From contig JAFAYQ010000065.1 of the NCBI GenBank assembly GCA_019240215.1, forward strand, positions 30,383 to 94,382: a stretch of 64,000 nucleotides of DNA, given 5' to 3'. How positions within the stretch are numbered: the first letter of the stretch is position 1; every line of letters begins with the position of its first letter. The notes under the pieces are model-generated. The model did not search any database, was not told where the DNA came from, and saw only the letters and a program-made list of their open reading frames with translations. The translations under genes and the position numbers were made by a program. Of the stretch, positions 58,224 to 64,000 are shown one piece after another. The stretch is from Actinomycetota bacterium. Lineage in GTDB: Bacteria > Actinomycetota > Actinomycetes > Streptosporangiales > Streptosporangiaceae.

Positions 58224-58517
58224 ATGTCCCAGTCTTCCTTCCAGCCCACGCCGCTGACCGCCGAGGAGCGGGCCCGGGCCGAGGTGAGCCTGGTCCCCTA
58301 CGTGACCGAGGCCCTGACCGCCCAGGGGCGCTGGCGGGCAAGCGACGGGCGTCCGGAGCTGACCGAGTTGTACCAGCAGGTCGCCCGCCGGGTCGGCGAG
58401 CGGTTGCGGCGGCCGGTGATCAGCTACAGCGACGGCCGCGAGACCGTCATCACGTTCGGGGTTGAGGCGGACGCTGAGCTGGACCGCTCGGCTCCTCGCC
58501 GTCCTGCGGTGACCTGA
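58224..58517 (+). CDS. hypothetical protein (97 aa)
   Basis: ATG is preceded by GAGGAG at 6 nt. I recognised no family. The last ~68 nt overlap the convergent ORF 58450-59082. Confidence 0.5.
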   Translation: MSQSSFQPTPLTAEERARAEVSLVPYVTEALTAQGRWRASDGRPELTELYQQVARRVGERLRRPVISYSDGRETVITFGVEADAELDRSAPRRPAVT

Positions 58518-59082
58518 GCAGAGGGATCCCGGCCCCGAGCGGGACCGAGGCCGGCAGCATGATCTCGGACTGATGCTGGGCGACCGTCCGGCCCTCGATG
58601 GCGACGCTGCCGCTGGCGTCGCAGCGCCCGAGCTGCAGGGCGGCCAGGCGGCCGGCCCGGACGGTGGCGGCCACCGCTTCGAGCTCGAGCACCAGCGACA
58701 GCACCATGGCCAGGGTGGCGACCTGCTGGCCGTTGACCACCACCTTGATCACCGGCTGATGCTGGAAGTCGACCTCGTGCTGGACCAGCTCGACCAGTTC
58801 GGTGACGCCGGGTTCGCCGAGGGTGCGGCCCGCCGCCTCGCGCAGCTCCTTGAAGCTGCACAACGCGTCGACGATGAGCTGGACCGGGTTCAGGTCGGTC
58901 AGCTCGGTGGTGATCCGTTCGACCTCGCGCACCGCCTGCGTCCGGGCGACGTCGGTGAAGCCGGTGAGCTGGCGGCGGACGTCGTCGGCGACGCCGCTGG
59001 CCTCCAGCGCGGTGGCGACGTCAGTCCCGCTGAACAGGAATCCTGGTGATCCTGACGGCTGGCCCGCTGGTGCCGTCGTCAT
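58450..59082 (-). CDS. hypothetical protein (210 aa), no recognisable family
   Basis: Natural composition, no TM helix or signal peptide. Its start overlaps the 3' end of the upstream membrane-anchored protein gene by ~62 nt, so the start may be later. Confidence 0.55.
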   Translation of the reverse strand: MTTAPAGQPSGSPGFLFSGTDVATALEASGVADDVRRQLTGFTDVARTQAVREVERITTELTDLNPVQLIVDALCSFKELREAAGRTLGEPGVTELVELVQHEVDFQHQPVIKVVVNGQQVATLAMVLSLVLELEAVAATVRAGRLAALQLGRCDASGSVAIEGRTVAQHQSEIMLPASVPLGAGIPLLRSPQDGEEPSGPAQRPPQPRT

Positions 59083-60097
59083 CTCGCACCCCCTTTTCGA
59101 TCCGCGGTGGGCTGGGCTGCTGGTGCAGTTCGATGCGCATGGTGCGGCCGGGCCTGCCCGGCCGGTTCCGCAGCCGCGGCTGCGGCTGGGTGTCGTCGAG
59201 CCGGGCGTAGACCTGGGAGTCGGCGATCCCGGGGTGTCCGGGCCCGGGCGGCCCGGGCCCGGGCGGCGGTGACCGCCGGCGCCGCCGCCACAGCAGGTAC
59301 ACCACCCCAGCCAGTATCACCAGCACCACGAGCACCAGCAGGCCGGCACCGGGCCCGAGGGAGCTGTGGTGCGAGACGACGACCGCGTGGCCGGTGGCCG
59401 AGGCGGACGGGCTGGCCGACGCGGTCGTCGGCGGCGCCGTGGTCGGCGGCGCGGTGGTGGACTGGCTGCCACCCGGCGGGGGCGTGGTCGGCGGGGCGGT
59501 GGTGACGGTCGGGCTCGGGGACGCGGTCGGGGTGAAGCCCGAGCCGACGACCGTCACCAGCGTCCCCGGCCGGGCTTCCGTCGGCCGCAGGCGGATCGTC
59601 GGCTGACCGGCGGCCGCCCCCGGTCCGGCCGGGCGCCGGGCGACGATCCAGGCGGACAGCCGGGGCGTGACCGGCGGCGCCGTCGACAGATTGGCCGGCA
59701 GATCCGTGAACGAGGCATAGCCGCACACCGAGGGCTCGGCGCCCAGGCAGGCTTCGATCGCGATCGAGGTGGCGGCTCCCCCGGCGATCACCGTCGGCGC
59801 GGTGAAGGAGCCGTTCAGGGCACCGCCGGCGCCGACGTTGCAGGTCTCGGTGAGCTGGGCGCTGGTGCTGGTGATCGAGCAGCTGCCGGTCTGGCCGAAG
59901 GCGGCCGTCCGCGGCAGCACGATCAGCAACATCGGCCCTAGCAGCACCATCATCAGTGCCACGAGCCGGAGTGGCCACCGTGACTGAAGTGACCAGTGTG
60001 ACTGTCGGGGCGAATGTGATGCCGGGGGTGGCTGTGACTTTGGGCGCGGCTGTGAGCATGGTGACTGCCGTGCCTGTGCACACTTCGCCGACATCAC
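59021..60097 (-). CDS. secreted, C-terminally membrane-anchored protein with Pro/Thr-rich stalk
   Basis: Hydrophobic signal-like segment (LRLVALMMVLLGPMLLIVLPRTAAFG), a ~150-aa domain with 4 Cys, a PT-rich linker (TPTASPSPTVTTAPPTTPPPGGSQSTTAPPTTAPPTT), a TM anchor (LLVLVVLVILAGVVYLLW) followed by RRRRR, and a Pro-rich tail. The true start may be the ATG at 59953. Confidence 0.65.
   Translation of the reverse strand: MMSAKCAQARQSPCSQPRPKSQPPPASHSPRQSHWSLQSRWPLRLVALMMVLLGPMLLIVLPRTAAFGQTGSCSITSTSAQLTETCNVGAGGALNGSFTAPTVIAGGAATSIAIEACLGAEPSVCGYASFTDLPANLSTAPPVTPRLSAWIVARRPAGPGAAAGQPTIRLRPTEARPGTLVTVVGSGFTPTASPSPTVTTAPPTTPPPGGSQSTTAPPTTAPPTTASASPSASATGHAVVVSHHSSLGPGAGLLVLVVLVILAGVVYLLWRRRRRSPPPGPGPPGPGHPGIADSQVYARLDDTQPQPRLRNRPGRPGRTMRIELHQQPSPPRIEKGVRDDDGTSGPAVRITRIPVQRD
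59980..60065. repeat. seven GTGA(C/T/G) motifs phased at multiples of 9 nt
   Basis: Motif starts are at 59980, 59989, 59998, 60016, 60034, 60052 and 60061. Five are GTGAC; all spacings are 9 or 18 nt. Confidence 0.85.
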
Positions 60098-60188
60098 CCT
60101 GCCCCAGCCGCCGCTCTCCCCGTCAGTCTTTCCTTACTGACGCGGAGTGGCTATAGGGCGGTTTGATACGGAGCCGGGTAAATGGCGC

Positions 60189-61097
60189 TCAGGACTCGTC
60201 GACCACCAGGACGAGCTTGGCGCGGACGTGGCCGTGCTCGCTGACCCGCTGGGCCTCGGCCACGTCGGCCAGCGGGAAGGTCTGCACGTCGGGGCGGCGG
60301 AAGCGGCCGGACTCGATCAGGTCGCCGATGTCGTTCAGGACGTGGAGGGCCCGGCCGGACTCGCCGCTGCTGAACCGGACGCCGTACTTCTGGGCGCCCA
60401 GGAAGTCGGCCACGGTGACCACGTGGTCGGCGCCGCCGGCCAGGTCGATGAGGTCGGGCAGCACGCCGCTGCCCGCCACGTCGAGGGCGAGGTCGACGCC
60501 GCCGGGGGCGAGCGCCCGGACCCGGCCGGCCATGCCGTCGCCGTAGGCGACCGGCTCGGCCCCCAGCGAGCGCAGGTAGTCGTGGTTCCTGTGGCTGGCG
60601 GTGCCGATCACCCGGGCCCCGCGGGCCACCGCCAGCTGCACGGCGGCCCCGCCGACGCTGCCGGACGCGCCGTTGATGAGCACGGTGCGGCCGCTGGTGA
60701 CCCCGAGCTGGTCGAGCGCCCGGGTGGCGGTCTCGACCGCGGCCGGCAGCGCGGCCGCGTGCGCGAAGTCGAGCGACGGCGGGATCGGCGCGTACCAGCC
60801 GAGCACGGCCAGCTCGGCCTGGGCCGCCCCGTCGGCCGAGAACCCGTACACCCGGTCGCCGACCACCACGTCGGTGACCCCGTCACCGAGCTCGTCGACG
60901 ACGCCGGCTGCCTCGTAGCCCAGGGTCTGCGGCAGCTCGGAGTCCATCAGCCCCTGGCGCTTCTTCCAGTCGCTGGCGTTCACCCCGGCCGCCCGCACCG
61001 CGATCCGGACCTCGCCCGGTCCCGGCTGCGGGTCGGGCAGGTCGGCGATCTCGAGGACCTCGGGCCCCCCGAACTGGCGGAAGCGCACTGCCTTCAT
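60189..61097 (-). CDS. NADPH:quinone reductase / zinc-type alcohol dehydrogenase superfamily (MDR) oxidoreductase
   Basis: MKAVRFRQFGGPEVLEIADLPDP...INGASGSVGGAAVQLA from ATG 61095-61097. The upstream 395 codons of the 697-aa track ORF lie antisense to the P450 gene and are rejected. Confidence 0.9.
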   Translation of the reverse strand: MKAVRFRQFGGPEVLEIADLPDPQPGPGEVRIAVRAAGVNASDWKKRQGLMDSELPQTLGYEAAGVVDELGDGVTDVVVGDRVYGFSADGAAQAELAVLGWYAPIPPSLDFAHAAALPAAVETATRALDQLGVTSGRTVLINGASGSVGGAAVQLAVARGARVIGTASHRNHDYLRSLGAEPVAYGDGMAGRVRALAPGGVDLALDVAGSGVLPDLIDLAGGADHVVTVADFLGAQKYGVRFSSGESGRALHVLNDIGDLIESGRFRRPDVQTFPLADVAEAQRVSEHGHVRAKLVLVVDES

Positions 61098-61165
61098 CGC
61101 TGGCTCCGATCTCGGCCCCGGCCTGGTGCGCGCACCAGTCTGCCAGGCCGGTTGACCAGCCCGGA

Positions 61166-61181
61166 GATCACCGGGTCGCCA
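61166..61181. repeat. 16-mer gatcaccgggtcgcca, copy 2 (identical to 57106-57121)
   Basis: Lies in the divergent qor / P450 intergenic region, embedded in the near-palindrome CCCGGaGATCaCCGGG and followed by the AT-rich stretch cctttaaaaattgaacatacgatataacttgaca. Confidence 0.9.
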
Positions 61182-61256
61182 ACCCGTTTGATCCCCTTTA
61201 AAAATTGAACATACGATATAACTTGACATTGCCCAGCGGAGTGGGAAGAGCAGACC

Positions 61257-62447
61257 ATGACGCGTTCCGGCGTTGAGCAGCTCGACGATGCGTTCGCCCA
61301 GGACCCGTACCCGGTCTACGAGCGGCTGCGGGCGGCGGGGCCGGTCAGCCGGGCGATGATGCCGGGCGGGCAGCCGGTCTGGGTGATCACCTCCTACCCG
61401 GCCGCGCGGGCCGCGCTGGCCGACCCGCGGCTGGTCAAGGACTGGCGCCAGCTGTTCGGGCAGGGCGGCGGGGACCAGGGCGGGTTCGCGGCGCTGGACG
61501 CGCACATGCTCAACACCGATCCGCCCGATCACACCCGGCTGCGGCGGCTGGTCAGCCAGGCGTTCACCGCCCGGCGGGTCAGCGGGCTGCGGCCGCGGGT
61601 CACCGAGATCACCACCGGGCTGCTGGACGCGATGGCGGGCGAGCGCGAGGTCGACCTGCTGGCCACGTTCGCGTTCCCGCTGCCGATCACCGTGATCTGC
61701 GAGCTGCTCGGCATCCCCGGCCACGACCGGGACGACTTCCGGGCCTGGACCCAGGCGATCTTGTCCCCCGACGAGACGACCGACTCGCCGGACCGGGCGG
61801 CGGCGGCGATGACCAGCTACTTCACCGCGCTGATGGCGAACAAGCGCGCGCACCCGGCCGACGACCTGCTGTCGGCGCTGATCGCCGCCCACGACGACGG
61901 CGACCGGCTCAGCGAGCCCGAGCTGCTCGGCATGATGTTCCTGCTGCTGGTGGCCGGGCACGAGACCACCGTCAACCTGATCGGCAGCGGCACGCTGGCC
62001 CTGCTGACCAGCCCGGGCGAGCTGGCCCGGCTGCGGGCCGACCCGTCGCTGCGGCCGGGCGCGGTCGAGGAACTGCTCCGCTACACCAGCCCGGTCAACC
62101 ACGCCACCTTCCGCTTCACCGCCGAGCCGGTCGAGCTGGGCGGCACCCGCATCCCGGCCCGCGAGCCGGTGCTGGTCGCGATCGGTTCGGCCAACCGCGA
62201 CCCGGACCGCTACCCCGCCCCCGACCGGCTCGACCTCGGCCGGGACGCCGGCGGGAGCCTGGCGTTCGGCCACGGCATCCACTACTGCCTGGGCGCCCCG
62301 CTGGCCCGGATGGAAGGCGAGATCGCGCTGGGCGGGCTGCTGGAACGGTTCCCGGACATCACGCTGGCGGTGCCGGCCGAGACGCTGCGGTGGCGGTCGA
62401 GCACGCTGATCCGCGGGCTGCAGACGCTACCGGTCCGGCTCGGCTGA
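61257..62447 (+). CDS. cytochrome P450
   Basis: 396 aa with AGHETT (I-helix), ELLRY (EXXR) and the FGHGIHYCLGAPLAR heme-thiolate loop. Confidence 0.95.
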   Translation: MTRSGVEQLDDAFAQDPYPVYERLRAAGPVSRAMMPGGQPVWVITSYPAARAALADPRLVKDWRQLFGQGGGDQGGFAALDAHMLNTDPPDHTRLRRLVSQAFTARRVSGLRPRVTEITTGLLDAMAGEREVDLLATFAFPLPITVICELLGIPGHDRDDFRAWTQAILSPDETTDSPDRAAAAMTSYFTALMANKRAHPADDLLSALIAAHDDGDRLSEPELLGMMFLLLVAGHETTVNLIGSGTLALLTSPGELARLRADPSLRPGAVEELLRYTSPVNHATFRFTAEPVELGGTRIPAREPVLVAIGSANRDPDRYPAPDRLDLGRDAGGSLAFGHGIHYCLGAPLARMEGEIALGGLLERFPDITLAVPAETLRWRSSTLIRGLQTLPVRLG

Positions 62448-62470
62448 CCGCTCGGACACTCTGGCTGTCG

Positions 62471-64000
62471 CTAAGAGCTTTCCGCCGAAAGCACACGGTG
62501 CAGCGCGTCCACCAAACCGCCACGGACCCGGCCTACCGCCTCGTCTGTATTCAGCATTGCGGCGATGGCCGAGAAGACCGGCGCATCGGCGGGCAGGCCT
62601 CCGATTCCGTAGGTGGCTGCCATCCTCATGTGTTCAGATCCATGCCGGAAAAATCGGAGACACAGGTCCCTCGCTTCCGGGCTGCTCACCCGGAGCGATC
62701 CCAGCGCCCCCATGCCTTGCCATGCATCGTCAAGCGCTTCATCCTTAGGCGCTTCGCCTGTTGGTGCTTCGATAAGGAGCGGCGTCAGTGCCTCAACCAG
62801 CCGTTGTGCGGTAGAGCATCGCCAGTCGGCTGTGGTCTCGGCGCACTGAATAAGAGTCTCGATCGCGCCAACTCGGCGGGACATCGACCCGTCGGAGGCG
62901 GCGATTGACTCAAGCTGCTCGATCTGTCCAGGCTTTAGCCCAGACAGCCGCACTGATGCCGCAAGTACCCATGGCAACGTCGGAAGGTCCCCGTCGGCGG
63001 CCAGTACCTGCAATCGGGCTACGACCTCTGGCGATCGAGTGGCGTAGGTACTGAGGTAACTCTGCGCCCAGCCGCACAGGATCGGCGCCTCGCCGCTAAG
63101 TATCGCGAGCATCGCCTCAACGACTTCGGCCTCGCCGCCACCCAGCCGGTGAAGTGCGTATGCGGGCCAACTGCGACTGCCCGCGCTGATCTGCTGGTCA
63201 AGCACCATTCGGATCAGGCTTTGGCGGACTTCAATGGAGTTCTCACCGAGCCAGCCGAGGCCAGTGGCGGCCGCCCCTCGCAAGCGTTCGGAGTTCGACT
63301 CATCATTGACCCAGGAAAGGTACGCCTGACGGACTTTTTCTCGCGACGGGCCGCCACTGGCGAAAAAGCCAACGAGTTCGGCTGTGGTGTAGGGCAAGCG
63401 AAAATATTGATCTTCAGAATCCCGCTCAACGGCTCGCGGCGATATTGAGTCAAGAAGGCTCTCAATTTGAGTCGGCCCGCAGTGGAGATCGACGTCAAGA
63501 TCTCTGACAGCTAGTGCCGCCGGGTCGGCGATTTCAGCGCTACTTGACACGATTATTTCGACAAGCGCGTCCCGGGCAAGGTTTACATCCCCGACAAGCG
63601 CTTCGGCGCAGAACTGCTCAGCCCGGGTACGATCATCAGCCGAGTCCCTGAGTGACTGACGGGCCAGATCAGCCATGGGTGTATCTCGCCAGGAACGCAA
63701 AACGCGGCTCGCGGCCTGAGCGGTCATATAGCCCGCTTCAAGGCGATCCGAAGTGCAGACTGCGAGTACTCGCTTTATCACCCTGGTAACGAACTCATCT
63801 GTCAGATCCGATACAAGGGCCGGGCTCTCACCCATGACCTCTCCGACGATCAGGAGATCCCGGTGGAGCCATTCTTCATGCGCACTTCCGGCGTCGAGCG
63901 CATATCCAATTACACGTTGCGCCCGGTCTCCACGCTGCATGCTCAACAGCAGCAGGTTGACATTCCGCCACTCCGGGGTATGCAGGCCATTTTCCGCGAG
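62471..64000 (-). CDS. HEAT/ARM-like repeat protein, C-terminal >=509 aa of a larger protein (N-terminus beyond right edge; possibly a NACHT/STAND-type NTPase)
   Basis: The frame stays open upstream of the track's TTG 'M' (63946) to the window edge (..LAENGLHTPEWRNVNLLLLSMQRGD..). It is helical-repeat rich. G+C is lower and A/T-ending codons are far more frequent than in the rest of the window. Confidence 0.7.
   Translation of the reverse strand, partial: LAENGLHTPEWRNVNLLLLSMQRGDRAQRVIGYALDAGSAHEEWLHRDLLIVGEVMGESPALVSDLTDEFVTRVIKRVLAVCTSDRLEAGYMTAQAASRVLRSWRDTPMADLARQSLRDSADDRTRAEQFCAEALVGDVNLARDALVEIIVSSSAEIADPAALAVRDLDVDLHCGPTQIESLLDSISPRAVERDSEDQYFRLPYTTAELVGFFASGGPSREKVRQAYLSWVNDESNSERLRGAAATGLGWLGENSIEVRQSLIRMVLDQQISAGSRSWPAYALHRLGGGEAEVVEAMLAILSGEAPILCGWAQSYLSTYATRSPEVVARLQVLAADGDLPTLPWVLAASVRLSGLKPGQIEQLESIAASDGSMSRRVGAIETLIQCAETTADWRCSTAQRLVEALTPLLIEAPTGEAPKDEALDDAWQGMGALGSLRVSSPEARDLCLRFFRHGSEHMRMAATYGIGGLPADAPVFSAIAAMLNTDEAVGRVRGGLVDALHRVLSAESS

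Noticed and set aside
59079-60083. Alternative minus frame (334 aa) and plus ORF 59956-60156, both with Val-Thr-rich peptides over the GTGAC repeat block
   Set aside because: Beyond the repeat block, the 334-aa frame is Arg/Pro/Gly/His-rich junk. The plus ORF is short with no Shine-Dalgarno sequence. The Val-Thr periodicity follows from the DNA repeat. It is kept only as part of the repeat finding.
61185-61240. AT-rich stretch with TTGACA (cctttaaaaattgaacatacgatataacttgacattg) as a defined P450 promoter
   Set aside because: A -35-like box is present, but I could not find a convincing -10 (TANNNT) at proper spacing. It is probably promoter DNA for the divergent pair, but not callable as a specific element.
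60189-62282. 697-aa minus ORF suggesting a large protein
   Set aside because: Only the C-terminal 302 aa (from ATG 61097) form the MDR oxidoreductase. The upstream part is antisense to the P450 gene and crosses an AT-rich promoter region.

Overview
High-G+C actinobacterial chromosome segment, possibly Micromonosporaceae- or Streptomyces-like by gene order and protein sequences; I cannot name the species. About 4.4-42.1 kb is the conserved transcription/translation supercluster, all on the minus strand. In plus-strand coordinate order it runs: rpsI-rplM; rplQ-rpoA-rpsD-rpsK-rpsM-rpmJ-infA; map-adk-secY; the spc and S10 ribosomal operons; tuf-fusA-rpsG-rpsL; rpoC-rpoB; rplL-rplJ; rplA-rplK; nusG-secE-tRNA-Trp. 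The left flank carries tsaE (partial), alr, nnr and glmM. From 42 to 48 kb lie housekeeping genes: an aminotransferase, adenosine deaminase, murB, a hadAB-like dehydratase pair, rpmG and tRNA-Met. From 48 to 64 kb the content is more accessory: a ureohydrolase / FAD-oxidoreductase / lipase-maturation-factor-family operon; a small protein + HD hydrolase + CoxLSM-type molybdenum hydroxylase; a PadR + membrane partner pair; a secreted/anchored protein + unknown protein pair; a quinone reductase; a P450; and a visibly lower-G+C gene for a HEAT-like repeat protein that runs off the right edge. I recognised no rRNA, CRISPR array, transposase, integrase or phage genes. Most long ORFs in the track lying opposite these genes are stop-free shadow frames typical of high-G+C DNA. 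Start codons were chosen from N-terminal conservation, Shine-Dalgarno spacing and stop/start overlaps, so they may be off by a few codons. I found no demonstrably novel system. The best leads are the edge-truncated low-GC repeat protein, the ureohydrolase-LMF operon, a 9-nt-phased GTGAC repeat block, and several intergenic repeats and palindromes.
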